NCBI GenBank assembly: GCA_038874135.1
Contig: JAVZCZ010000001.1
Span: 544,001-608,000, forward strand
Direction: 5' to 3'
DNA length: 64,000 nt
Origin: Candidatus Woesearchaeota archaeon
GTDB taxonomy: Archaea > Nanobdellota > Nanobdellia > Woesearchaeales > 0-14-0-80-44-23
Positions 54,710 to 64,000 of this stretch are shown piece after piece; within the stretch, counting starts at the first letter, position 1; every line of letters starts with the position of its first letter. The position numbers were made by a program, and so were the translations under genes. Under the pieces are notes generated by a model. The model did no database searches. It was given only the letters and a program-made list of their open reading frames with translations, and was not told the DNA's origin.

Positions 54710-56538
54710 GAGTTCGCGTAGGTTTGGGATCTGCAGGAGTCTCCTCAGGAGCTCTTGAAGTTTATAAACAGTTTTCCCAGCTGGGGCGCGACTTCATTTT
54801 ATCTAAAACTGGAGAGATGGGCGCATCCTTCCTAGCTCCCGTGGTTGAACTTAAAGCTGGCGAATATGAAACATTAATATTTGCTAATGTCAAGCCAGAA
54901 CAATGTGAGAGGATACTCTCTATAGGAGAGCGGCTTGAAAAATCCGGAAGAGAAGTTTGGGAAAGGTTAGTATATGCCAAAAGGCGCGACGGAACACAAA
55001 TCTTCAAGAAAAAGCCGTATGTCGAAGAGCTGGACTTTTTTAAAGGCCAAGTAAAAAATGTTTCAGCAAGGTGCGGCATCATAGATCCTGAGAGCATAGA
55101 AGAATATTACAATGCTGGAGGATTCTCAGCTCTGGCACGAGCACTTCTTATGAATCAGGAGGACATAATTGCAGAGGTAAAACGCTCAGGTCTTAGAGGT
55201 AGAGGAGGTAGTGGCTTCTTTACAGGAGAGAAATGGGAAGCAGTTTTCAAACAAAAATCAGACATAAAGTACCTAATCTGCAACTTTGATGAGGGCGACC
55301 CCGGCGCATTTATGAATAGGGCTCTGGTTGAATCAGATCCCTTCTCGGTTTTGGAAGGAGTAATAATAGCAGCATATGCTGTGGGCGCATCCGAGGCATT
55401 CATATACACCAGGTCTGAGTACCCACTAGCAATCAGCAGGCTTCAAAATGCAATTGAGGAAGCTCAAGCAGCAGAGCTTCTAGGCAGGAACATTCTCAAC
55501 TCTGGCTTCTCGCTTAAGCTCAAACTCAAAACAGGAGCCGGCGCATTTGTTTGCGGAGAAGAAACAGGACTCATAAGCTCGATAGAAGGAGGTGCCGGAA
55601 GGCCTAGGCCTAAGCCACCCTACCCTTCAGAATCAGGGCTTTTCGGAATGCCAACTCTGATAAACAATGTGGAAACATTAGCCAACATTCCCCTAATTAT
55701 AAACAACGGAGCAGAGTGGTTTAGGCAGTTCGGTTCGGAATCTTCTCCCGGGACTAAGATGTTCTCGATAAGTGGAGATGCTCCACGCTCGGGATATGTA
55801 GAGGTGCCCCTAGGAATTCAGCTAAGAAGAATATGCGAGATGGCAGGCCTTAAAGAGTCAGAAGTCAAAGCAGTACAGTTAGGAGGGCCCTCAGGAGGGC
55901 TTGTAAGTAGGGCTCACCTTTCAATTAATTTAGACTATGAGGGGGTGCAGCAGGCAGAAGCCATTATAGGCTCGGGAGGAGTTGTTTTTGTTGGCAATAA
56001 TAGAAAAATTCTGGAGACGATTCAGCACGGGCTGAAATTCCTCATTTCAGAGAGCTGTGGAAGGTGCACTCCTTGCAGGGAAGGCATATTTAGAATGAAC
56101 GAACTTGTTGAAAGGATACAAAGAGGAGAAGGCACGCCCCAAGATGTTCTTAACTTATACCTCCTCTCCAATACGATAAGAGATACATCTCTCTGCGGTC
56201 TTGGAAAAACCGCACCCAACCTTGTGATTTCCAGCATCAGAAACTTCTTTGCAGAGTACGAATCCCTAATTCGCGAGTGGAAGGGAAAACTTCAGAATGT
56301 TTTATCCTACACGATTGATAGCAAGCGCTGTAATGGCTGTCACATATGCGCAACAGTATGTCCCAAAAAAGCGATAAATGGTAGAGCTTTAGAAATACAT
56401 GAGATAAATCAGGAGCTGTGTGTAAAATGCGGCTTGTGTTATAAGAGCTGTCCATACTCTGCAATATTTCAGAATCTTGCTGAGAGAGATAAAAACCTTA
56501 AGATAGAAATTGATAATAGCAACGAAAATGGACTCTGA
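54706..56538 (+). CDS. hydB: [FeFe]-hydrogenase beta subunit (NuoF-like FMN/NAD-binding)
   Basis: GLRGRGGSGF, DEGDPGAFM, CGEETGL, NNVET, GGPSGG, ESCGRCTPCREG...LC, C-terminal 2x[4Fe-4S]. Confidence 0.92.
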   Translation: MRVRVGLGSAGVSSGALEVYKQFSQLGRDFILSKTGEMGASFLAPVVELKAGEYETLIFANVKPEQCERILSIGERLEKSGREVWERLVYAKRRDGTQIFKKKPYVEELDFFKGQVKNVSARCGIIDPESIEEYYNAGGFSALARALLMNQEDIIAEVKRSGLRGRGGSGFFTGEKWEAVFKQKSDIKYLICNFDEGDPGAFMNRALVESDPFSVLEGVIIAAYAVGASEAFIYTRSEYPLAISRLQNAIEEAQAAELLGRNILNSGFSLKLKLKTGAGAFVCGEETGLISSIEGGAGRPRPKPPYPSESGLFGMPTLINNVETLANIPLIINNGAEWFRQFGSESSPGTKMFSISGDAPRSGYVEVPLGIQLRRICEMAGLKESEVKAVQLGGPSGGLVSRAHLSINLDYEGVQQAEAIIGSGGVVFVGNNRKILETIQHGLKFLISESCGRCTPCREGIFRMNELVERIQRGEGTPQDVLNLYLLSNTIRDTSLCGLGKTAPNLVISSIRNFFAEYESLIREWKGKLQNVLSYTIDSKRCNGCHICATVCPKKAINGRALEIHEINQELCVKCGLCYKSCPYSAIFQNLAERDKNLKIEIDNSNENGL

Positions 56539-58261
56539 AAAAACAATTGAAGTGAATGGAAGAGAAATAAAAACAAAGCAGAAGTATCTTTTACAGGCAT
56601 TGGAAGAGGCAGGTTATAATATTCCTAAACTATGTAGCCATCCGGACTTTGAGCCGTTAGCCAACTGCAGGCTTTGCATAGTTGAAGTTGATGGCAGGAT
56701 TAGAACTTCCTGCAACACTATTGTGGAAGACGGCATGACGGTGAATATTGACACTCCTGCTGTGATTGAGGAGAGGCGTCACAACCTTGAACTGATACTT
56801 TCAAATCACCCGTTGGATTGTGATTACTGCTATAAGAACATGAGGTGTGAGCTTCAAGCACTTGCAGAGCGTATAACCAAAACTACGCGCTATGTTGGTC
56901 TTCAGAGAAGAACTGGAGTGGATGAATCTTCTGCATCAATAGTTAGAAATATGGATCAATGCATCCTCTGCGGCAGGTGTATCCTGGCCTGTCAGAGGGC
57001 AGGAGTTTCCCTTTTAGACTATGTAGGCAGAGGCTTTAGCACAGCCATACTTCCCCCTTTCAGACTTAAGCTTTCAGAAACTACTTGCACGAGCTGCGGG
57101 CAGTGCAGCCTGGTTTGCCCTACAGCAGCCATAACTGAGAAGGATGACAGGGCACTAGCATATTCTCTAATAAATGATAAGGACAAGTTTGTAATAGCAC
57201 AGATAGCCCCAGCAGTTAGAGTGAGCATAGGTGAGGAGTTCGGACTCAAACCCGGAACAATTGTAACTGGAAAGTTAGTTGCAGCACTTAAAGAGGTGGG
57301 CTTTGACGCAGTTTGTGACACTTCTCTCGGAGCAGATTTCACAATAGTTGAAGAGGCAGCTGAGCTTATCTCTCGCTTAAAAGCCAGACAGAATGGAGAA
57401 CGAGCAGCACTTCCGATGTTTACGAGCTGCTGCCCGTCCTGGGTGTTCTATGTTGAAGAATTTCTGCCTGAGCTTATTCCGAACCTTTCCACAACAAAAA
57501 GCCCGCACGAGATAATGGCAACACTTCTAAAAACATATTATTCTGAGAAGAAAAAAATTCCAATTGAGAAAATTTCAGTTGTTTCAATAATGCCCTGCAC
57601 TTCAAAAAAAGAGGAAGCGCGCAGGGTGGAACACAGAATAATGGGCTTCCCAGCAGTGGATACAGTTCTCACAGTGAGAGAAGCTTCAAGGATGATACGG
57701 GAGGCGGGCATAAACCTTCCCAACCTGCAGGATGCAGAGTTTGACGACTTGTTGAGAGACGCTTCGGGCGCAGGTCAGATTTTCGGAGCCAGTGGAGGGG
57801 TAATGGAGGCAGTTCTTAGAACAGCCAGCTCAATCTTAAACCACGAAAATTCTAATTCAAAAATAGAATTCAAGGAGGTCAGAGGCCTTTCAGGGGTTAA
57901 GGAGGCTGAATACGAGCTCGGAAGAGAAAGGTTAAGAGTTGCAGTAGTCAATGGTCTTGGAAAAATAAACTCCATTCTTGAAAAGGCAGGAAAAGGCGAG
58001 CTGGACTTTATAGAAGTAATGGCTTGTCCAGGCGGGTGTTCTGGAGGCGGCGGGCAGCCCATCCCAACTACTTCGCACATAGTTTCGGAGAGAATAAAAG
58101 GGCTATACTCCGCTGATGAGCGCGCCCAATTCAGGGAGAGCTTCCATAACCCTATAGTTCAAAAGGTGTACTCTGAATTTTTGGAATGTCCGAATTCAAG
58201 CACAGCTGAAAACCTGCTGCACACCAGGTTTATTCCGAGAAAGCCGTATGGCAACATATGA
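56528..58261 (+). CDS. hydA: [FeFe]-hydrogenase catalytic subunit, group A (A3-type)
   Basis: H-cluster motifs TSCCPSW, MPCTSKKEE, EVMACPGGCSGGGGQP; N-terminal 2Fe-2S, His-ligated 4Fe-4S and 2x4Fe-4S. Confidence 0.95.
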   Translation: MDSEKTIEVNGREIKTKQKYLLQALEEAGYNIPKLCSHPDFEPLANCRLCIVEVDGRIRTSCNTIVEDGMTVNIDTPAVIEERRHNLELILSNHPLDCDYCYKNMRCELQALAERITKTTRYVGLQRRTGVDESSASIVRNMDQCILCGRCILACQRAGVSLLDYVGRGFSTAILPPFRLKLSETTCTSCGQCSLVCPTAAITEKDDRALAYSLINDKDKFVIAQIAPAVRVSIGEEFGLKPGTIVTGKLVAALKEVGFDAVCDTSLGADFTIVEEAAELISRLKARQNGERAALPMFTSCCPSWVFYVEEFLPELIPNLSTTKSPHEIMATLLKTYYSEKKKIPIEKISVVSIMPCTSKKEEARRVEHRIMGFPAVDTVLTVREASRMIREAGINLPNLQDAEFDDLLRDASGAGQIFGASGGVMEAVLRTASSILNHENSNSKIEFKEVRGLSGVKEAEYELGRERLRVAVVNGLGKINSILEKAGKGELDFIEVMACPGGCSGGGGQPIPTTSHIVSERIKGLYSADERAQFRESFHNPIVQKVYSEFLECPNSSTAENLLHTRFIPRKPYGNI

Positions 58262-58262
58262 T

Positions 58263-59219
58263 TTAGCTGAGGCTCTTAACTACGAAATTCTTAAAAGTGG
58301 TTTCCAGCATTTTAGACGCCTTCTTAGTGAGCTGTCCATCAGTTAGAAGTATGCAGGGAAGGCCTCTCATCTGGGCTTGGACGTATGCTGAGCTCAGGTC
58401 ATCCTCATTTATAAGTTTCTTGTCCTTCGCTCTGCAAAAGTATTCAAAGCTTCCCAGATCGTTTTTAACCCTTATTTTGAAGTCATACTGACTTTTCTTA
58501 TTTGATGGAAACTCTTCTAGAACTTCCACACCCCTTTCTGAGAAGAATTTCTTCACTCTCTCCAAGAAATCTGAAGTGGTAATTCTGAGCGTTTTTCTCT
58601 CTTCACTACCCTCACTTTTTGATATGTTTTCAAGCACCTTCTTATGCGCCCTGCTCTTTTTCTTCAGCTCATCTTCCAGGATTATTGCTTTTCCACTCCC
58701 ACTTATCGCAGATTCTATGCTTTCCGCTATTGTTATTCTCGGCTTTGAAGGCGCAGCTTTAATTACCATTTCACTCTCGGCAGCTTTCTGTGATAATCCT
58801 TGCAAAATGCTTAAAGCATCCTGCTCAGACAGCAGGTGCCACCTCCAGAAAGTTTTTCCATCGTGATTAAAAGAGACTGCAAAGTCCGGAATCGACTTAA
58901 GAGATACCCTTGTAAGAGGATCGGCTTCCTCTTCTCTTATAACGCCTCTCTCTTTAAGCATGAAGCAGGTTTGTCTGTCTTTCTCGTTCATAGCAGGAAG
59001 GAGCCTCTCAAGTTTTTCCTCCTGACCCTCAACATAATATAATGGAGAACCGCCTATTTTTGCCTTGGTAATTCTGACGAGCTTTCGCGAGGCAAGTTCT
59101 GAGAGCAGGGCTGATGCGATAAGCAAGTCCTTACCTAAGAACCTTGCGAGCTCTGATGGCAGAACTGGCCCGTTCTGCTTAACAAATTCCAATGCTTGTT
59201 CTGAAATCTGGCTTCCCAT
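58263..59219 (-). CDS. Hypothetical protein: N-terminal winged helix, C-terminal restriction-endonuclease-like fold
   Basis: GPVLPSELA...GGSPLYY; YDF...FCRAKDKK...CILLTDG. Confidence 0.65.
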   Translation of the reverse strand: MGSQISEQALEFVKQNGPVLPSELARFLGKDLLIASALLSELASRKLVRITKAKIGGSPLYYVEGQEEKLERLLPAMNEKDRQTCFMLKERGVIREEEADPLTRVSLKSIPDFAVSFNHDGKTFWRWHLLSEQDALSILQGLSQKAAESEMVIKAAPSKPRITIAESIESAISGSGKAIILEDELKKKSRAHKKVLENISKSEGSEERKTLRITTSDFLERVKKFFSERGVEVLEEFPSNKKSQYDFKIRVKNDLGSFEYFCRAKDKKLINEDDLSSAYVQAQMRGLPCILLTDGQLTKKASKMLETTFKNFVVKSLS

Positions 59220-59225
59220 CTTTTT

Positions 59226-60098
59226 TTACTTCTTGTTCTTTTCTTTATTAATTTTACCCTTACTAGTTATCTTGAAATCTATACATACTCTAAACCTTCC
59301 GGGAGCGTAGTGTCCGCACTTGTTCCAGCCGAGAATTTTAACAGATACGCCGAGCTTATTAGCTTCCTCTCTTATTAATGATACTGCTGGTTTTGGGATC
59401 TCTTCTTCTTTCATGAAGGAGTAGAAATGTACAATCGTTCCAGGCTTTGCAACTGCGAAGCACGCGTCCAGAAAGCTTCCTGAATCTTTGGGAAGGGGCA
59501 TTATGATCCTATCAAATTTAAGTCCTTCCCCTGCAAGCCTAAAAGCCTCATCTCTTGCATCCCCTAATATTAGGAACACATTCTTAGCCTTGTTAATTTC
59601 AACATTCTTTAGAGCATACCTGTGCGCCGTAGGATTTTTTTCAATTCCATAAATTGATTCTGCTTTTGAATTCTTAGATATGATTAAAGGGTAGGGTGCG
59701 CATCCAGAGAACATCACCAAAACTTTTTCTCCCTCAGTTACGAGCCCAGCAATTCTCTTACGCTCTTCAGCTAGTCTGGGTGAGAAGTATACTTTTTCTA
59801 CATCTAACTTAAAAGTGCATCCGTTTTCCTTATATGTTGTCTCCTTTCTCTTTTCACCAGCAATTATCTTGAGTTTAGGAGTGCGATATTCGCCAGAGTA
59901 TTCTCTTACCTTTTTTGCAACAACCCTTATATTTTTAAAATTTTCAAGCATTGTAGATCCTATAATTTTTTCTTTGTTCTTTAATTCTTCAGGCATATCT
60001 GAGAATATCGCTATATCTCCTACAATGTCAAAAGAGGAAGGTACGAGGGCAAGCTCCTTCTCATCAAGTTTTCCCCTGAGCAGCTCCTTAAGCTTCAA
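59226..60098 (-). CDS. Trm5/Tyw2-family tRNA methyltransferase
   Basis: SFDIVGDIA, YKENG, KVYFSPRLAEER, MFSGCAPY, DRIIMPLP. Confidence 0.88.
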   Translation of the reverse strand: MKLKELLRGKLDEKELALVPSSFDIVGDIAIFSDMPEELKNKEKIIGSTMLENFKNIRVVAKKVREYSGEYRTPKLKIIAGEKRKETTYKENGCTFKLDVEKVYFSPRLAEERKRIAGLVTEGEKVLVMFSGCAPYPLIISKNSKAESIYGIEKNPTAHRYALKNVEINKAKNVFLILGDARDEAFRLAGEGLKFDRIIMPLPKDSGSFLDACFAVAKPGTIVHFYSFMKEEEIPKPAVSLIREEANKLGVSVKILGWNKCGHYAPGRFRVCIDFKITSKGKINKEKNKK

Positions 60099-60104
60099 AA
60101 CGCC

Positions 60105-61142
60105 TCACCTAAAAAACTCAGAAAGTCCCTTCTGGGCATTATTCTCAGAAGTTTCCTCTATCTGAGAGAGTAGCTTCTCAACACGCTCCCTGGAAAATTG
60201 GTGTTTCTCACACAAAATTTCTAATACCTTTTCACGCGAGATCCTGCCCATTCTGATATTATAATCGTCAGTTGTTGGCATATTCTTTATCAATTCAAAA
60301 ACCTCCTTCCAGTCAAATTCAAAAAAGTTTCTCCAGCCTACTGAATTAAACAGCGCATCAAAATTTTCACCATGTTTTTTTACAAGCTTCAGCGCATTCT
60401 TAGGGCCTATGCCTCTTATGCCTCCTGGGTTGAAGTCGGTTCCGACCAGCATTGCCAGGGCAATTAGCTGATCCCTGCATAGTCCCAGTGTGGAGAGCAC
60501 TTCTTCAAGTTCTATTAGCTCAATTGGAACCTGCTTGTAAGCCAAAGTTCCAGGAATCTTCTTTTTGGAAGTTATGTTTAGATTTCTAACCAGTCTAGGG
60601 GTTCCAAAAAGCAGGCAGTCGGCATCTTGAGAAGCAGCTGCAAACGCATCACCCTTTTTTACAATGTATGCTGCTTGTGCTTCTCCTTCAGAAGGTGCAT
60701 TCACTACTGGTATTCCCATCGCCCTGAGAAGCTCTTTAGATTCTTCAATCATCTCAGGAGTTAGCCTTGCAGTTCTGGAAGCGTACTTTTTCATCTCTTC
60801 AACCAATCCGAGCTCTCTTGCTTCTTCATACATCTTCTGAGCTTCCAGCTTGCTCCTCTTTCTTTCCTCCAAAGTTTTCATTTTTAGTTCAGGTGGCTTT
60901 CCGTCAAAAACATAAACAGGGAATATCTCTTTTGACAGGAGGTTGGCATTTCTAGTTATAATTCCCATAAGATGGCTTGTTACACTCCCGTCAGCATCAG
61001 TTAGCAAAGATCCATCCTGCTGTCTTATTGTTGTGAGAAACTGATAAAGAGTAAGGTGTGCGTCCACTGCTAAAACCTTTTTCTTAAGAAATGCGTAGTC
61101 AATCTCTCTCTTTGGAAGAATCTCCGAAATCTGTACTCCCAT
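60105..61142 (-). CDS. fen: Flap endonuclease 1
   Basis: MGV, YQFLTTIRQ, VFDG, SEGEAQAA, SQDAD, GTDFN, GIGPKNA; PIP box QKGLSEFF. Confidence 0.97.
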   Translation of the reverse strand: MGVQISEILPKREIDYAFLKKKVLAVDAHLTLYQFLTTIRQQDGSLLTDADGSVTSHLMGIITRNANLLSKEIFPVYVFDGKPPELKMKTLEERKRSKLEAQKMYEEARELGLVEEMKKYASRTARLTPEMIEESKELLRAMGIPVVNAPSEGEAQAAYIVKKGDAFAAASQDADCLLFGTPRLVRNLNITSKKKIPGTLAYKQVPIELIELEEVLSTLGLCRDQLIALAMLVGTDFNPGGIRGIGPKNALKLVKKHGENFDALFNSVGWRNFFEFDWKEVFELIKNMPTTDDYNIRMGRISREKVLEILCEKHQFSRERVEKLLSQIEETSENNAQKGLSEFFR

Positions 61143-61184
61143 AATGCAAATTCATTAATAGCATTATAAAAATCTTGCCAAAAT

Positions 61185-62129
61185 TCATATCAGCCAAGAA
61201 GCGAGAGCTCCCATGAGGCATCCCGCGCTTATGAAAGGCATTGCGGGGTAGAACTTTCCCTTCTCACTTTTAATTAGCAATATTGTAAGAGCAATTGTCG
61301 CCCCGACAGATATTATTGACGCTTTTATAAATGATAGGAAAACTCCCAAGCCGCTTCTTATAAATCCTTCCAGCATGACCCCTGCAAAAATCATCGGATA
61401 AACTATGTCACCCCCTCCGAGAACAGCATTTTGAGGGCCATTGGCAATCTTAGCAGGCTTGGCAGCCGAAGCAGCATTCCTGCTAGCAATCCTCTTTTTA
61501 ACTTCGCTACTGCTCAACTCTTTAGAAGGATTCTGCGGGTAGGGAATGAATAGCCCGCTGAACAGTTTAGTTCCCATCTGAAACTTTGCCAAGGTTATCA
61601 TGTGGCCGCTTCTCCAAACAGCGATCATATCGTATATGGATATTATTATCAGGAGTAGAATAGCCCACGCTGGAGTAAGTAGTGGCACTATTATTAGTGC
61701 GACTCCAGAGTAAACCATTATTTCAGTTATGTTGTGAACTATTGGATTTGGCTTCAAGACCTTCAAGAGAGCGAGCACTACTGCAATAGCCAATACAACT
61801 TCTGACTTTATGAACACGCCAAGGGTTATTGCAATTGCTCCCCACACAGCCATGAAGTACATTCCCTTCCAAATCGTCGGCTGCTTAAACCTGGCAAGAA
61901 TCAATATTAAAAAGGTTCCAATCAGCATCATGCCAATTAAGAAGAGCACAAGCTCGCCATTTTTAATGTTCGGCCTCGGACCCATAACGCTTTCAGGGTG
62001 ACTTATCTGTACTTCTCCCGAGGGCACTCTCTCAATCTTAGCATCTTTTAGGATTAGGAAAAGGCCGAAGAGTTGAGCAGTTGTAAATGTCAGAATTAGT
62101 ATTATTGTTATTGGCACGCTGTGTTTCAT
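61185..62129 (-). CDS. Presenilin/SPP-family intramembrane aspartyl protease
   Basis: YDMIAV, LGGGD, PAMP; multiple TM segments. Confidence 0.9.
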   Translation of the reverse strand: MKHSVPITIILILTFTTAQLFGLFLILKDAKIERVPSGEVQISHPESVMGPRPNIKNGELVLFLIGMMLIGTFLILILARFKQPTIWKGMYFMAVWGAIAITLGVFIKSEVVLAIAVVLALLKVLKPNPIVHNITEIMVYSGVALIIVPLLTPAWAILLLIIISIYDMIAVWRSGHMITLAKFQMGTKLFSGLFIPYPQNPSKELSSSEVKKRIASRNAASAAKPAKIANGPQNAVLGGGDIVYPMIFAGVMLEGFIRSGLGVFLSFIKASIISVGATIALTILLIKSEKGKFYPAMPFISAGCLMGALASWLI

Positions 62130-62181
62130 GAGAGTTTTGAAATCGCAAAACTTATATAAATTTACCCTTTTGAAAATTTTT

Positions 62182-62646
62182 ATGAAGGTAGCCCACTCTG
62201 TTGAGGTGAGTGTTTTCTGTAAGGATTATGAATCTGCCGAGCAGGTGAAGGATGGCTTGAGAAAGCTCTTTCCCTTTCGCCTTGAAGACGCCGGGTTAAA
62301 GATGGCTGAGAGTGAAGCGGAAGGCCTTTTGGGCAACAAGATTTTGATATTTTCAGTTCATCTGACTAATCCAAAGCATGTTCGTCTATTCCTGGACAAC
62401 TTGCTCAACCTGTTGGGAAAAGAAGGGGTTAGAACTCTGCTTGCTCAGGCTGAAAGCAGGCTGGATGAGGAGCTGTTCTTCTTTATAAGGATATCTAAAC
62501 CGGAGTGGCTGAGTGAGGGGCGCGCAGTACTTACAGATTCTGGAAACTGTTATCATATGAGGATTCTCATAGCAGCATATCCTAAGGAGAGAAGTGCAGG
62601 CTTAAAAACAATCAAGGAGTATCTTGGCAGGCGGGAAACCTTTTAA
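62182..62646 (+). CDS. Putative RNA-binding protein (DUF54/UPF0201-like)
   Basis: AEGLLGNKI, SRLDEELFFFIRISK, IAAYP. Confidence 0.75.
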   Translation: MKVAHSVEVSVFCKDYESAEQVKDGLRKLFPFRLEDAGLKMAESEAEGLLGNKILIFSVHLTNPKHVRLFLDNLLNLLGKEGVRTLLAQAESRLDEELFFFIRISKPEWLSEGRAVLTDSGNCYHMRILIAAYPKERSAGLKTIKEYLGRRETF

Positions 62647-62683
62647 TATTAGGACGCTATAAACTTATTGAGGTGATGTGAAA

Positions 62684-62923
62684 ATGGATAAGTTTTCAGT
62701 AGCCCCTCTTCCAGCAGGATTTACCCTCACTGCAATCATAGGCCTGATGCTCTCCCTAATCTGGGTTCTTCCGCAGAGCCCAAGCTGGGGAATAGGAATG
62801 TCAATAATCTTCTTGGTGATGCTGATATCTTCAATAGTTTCAATGACATATGGGCCTACTGAGGTTGAGCTGGAATACTATCAGAGAGTAATAGACAGGG
62901 CTAAGAAAAAGAAGCAGAAGTGA
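62684..62923 (+). CDS. Small two-TM membrane protein
   Basis: GAGGTGA SD; APLPAGF, SWG, SMTYGP. Confidence 0.75.
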   Translation: MDKFSVAPLPAGFTLTAIIGLMLSLIWVLPQSPSWGIGMSIIFLVMLISSIVSMTYGPTEVELEYYQRVIDRAKKKKQK

Positions 62924-62924
62924 T

Positions 62925-63419
62925 TCATTCTATCTTTATCAGCCCGCTCAGCCTGCTAAAAGCGTAGGGGGCTGTAAATAGTAAGGCGTACACTATTGAA
63001 ATTACCAGCGGGTTTGGAATCTGTTTCCCAGCAGCAAGAACTTCAGTTGCCTTTATCACATAGTACATGTTCACAACACCTATTGCTGGGATGAAGATCG
63101 GCGTTATTATTTTCTTTCCCTCAATGCTCTCCAAGTCTGAGAGTACCACGCTGAACATGGTTCCAAAGGAGTATGCTACAACCACCATTATGGAGTATAC
63201 TGCAAGCATGTTGAGTGTCAATATTAAAGGAATCAGCACTATTGAAACTACGAGCATTCCAACAATCATAAGAACGAGTGCAACCCAGTAGAGCCAGCCG
63301 CTCTTCTTCTTTCTTTCAGCATCAGCTTCTTCCATTATCTTTATAGTTTCTACGATGTCCCGATTGCTCCAGCCCTTCCTTCTGAGCTTTTCAATAAGCT
63401 TCTCGTAAGCCATGCTCAT
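62925..63419 (-). CDS. Hypothetical membrane protein
   Basis: EKLRRKGWS N-terminal helix then 4 TM segments. Confidence 0.75.
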   Translation of the reverse strand: MSMAYEKLIEKLRRKGWSNRDIVETIKIMEEADAERKKKSGWLYWVALVLMIVGMLVVSIVLIPLILTLNMLAVYSIMVVVAYSFGTMFSVVLSDLESIEGKKIITPIFIPAIGVVNMYYVIKATEVLAAGKQIPNPLVISIVYALLFTAPYAFSRLSGLIKIE

Positions 63420-63466
63420 TATAATTGGAATATTATTTAAATATTTTAGCTTCACTACCCATTCTT

Positions 63467-64000
63467 ATGGAGCACTATTTTTCTGAAATGCCAAACTCAT
63501 CTAAACATGTGCAGAGGCGCTTCTCTGAGGTTCTCAGGGGAAATAGAATAATGTTTTTTACTCTTCCAGGAGTTTTCTCAAAGTCTAAAGTTGATGAAGG
63601 CTCTAAGCTTCTAATTGAGAAGTGCATAGTTAACCACGGCTGGAATGTCTTGGACCTGGGCTGCGGGTACGGCGCAGTTGGAATCTCTATTGCTAAGGCG
63701 TTTAAAGTGTCTCTGGTCATGGCAGATGTTAATGAGCGCGCTTTAGAATTGGCAAGAATGAATGCTGAAGCAAACGATGTAAAAGCGCAGATTGTTAAAA
63801 GCAATATTTACGAAGGGCTTATCGGAATGGAAGGCTCTTTTGACACAATACTTATAAACCCGCCTCAGAAGGCTGGCCTTCATATTTGCCTTGCAATGAT
63901 TGATAAAGCGCCAGAATTTCTTAAAAAGGGAGGATTCTTACAGGTTGTTGTGCGGCCAAGAAGGGGTGGTTTTAAAATAGTTGAGCGCATGAATTCGGTT
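63467..64000 (+). CDS. RsmC-like class I SAM methyltransferase (runs off window end; not in ORF track)
   Basis: MEHYFS, GVFSKSKVDEGSKLL, LDLGCGYG, DVNERA, NPP. Confidence 0.88.
   Translation, partial: MEHYFSEMPNSSKHVQRRFSEVLRGNRIMFFTLPGVFSKSKVDEGSKLLIEKCIVNHGWNVLDLGCGYGAVGISIAKAFKVSLVMADVNERALELARMNAEANDVKAQIVKSNIYEGLIGMEGSFDTILINPPQKAGLHICLAMIDKAPEFLKKGGFLQVVVRPRRGGFKIVERMNSV

Noticed and set aside
61185-62129. GxGD protease as the prepilin peptidase for the pilin array
   Set aside because: YD, LGxGD and PAL-like PAMP motifs indicate presenilin/SPP family, not PibD/FlaK.
1-64000. Stop-codon reassignment
   Set aside because: TAA, TAG and TGA all terminate conserved genes at expected lengths.

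Overview
Gene-dense archaeal chromosome segment using the standard genetic code. Many genes appear leaderless, with a TATA box about 25 nt before the ATG. Gene content (PolD, PAN, TFE, Hjc, EndA, an 82-aa Dph2, a long array of pilin-like genes, a trimeric [FeFe]-hydrogenase) points to a DPANN archaeon, probably Woesearchaeota-like; this is an inference. The window holds the probable replication origin (a ~1 kb AT-rich gap with ORB boxes before cdc6-DP1-DP2), a tbp-mcm-rpa2 operon with its own ORB pair and three phased TATA boxes, SRP RNA and four tRNAs, two of which have BHB introns (one in the T-loop). It also holds a polyamine/deoxyhypusine operon, a tldD-pmbA-pan cluster, ten pilin-like genes, an asparagine cluster and hydCBA. 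The most striking unannotated element is a free-standing ~93-nt RNA gene (14315-14407, minus strand). It is a two-K-turn C/D-like guide RNA closed by a perfect bulge-helix-bulge, so it looks like a tRNA-type intron without a tRNA and is predicted to be spliced into a 76-nt circle. Two candidate leader peptides (before the polyamine and asparagine operons) and a HydB that has lost several cluster ligands also deserve follow-up. All calls come from motif reading by eye; no searches were run. Several starts were moved from the ORF track to the more plausible downstream ATG.
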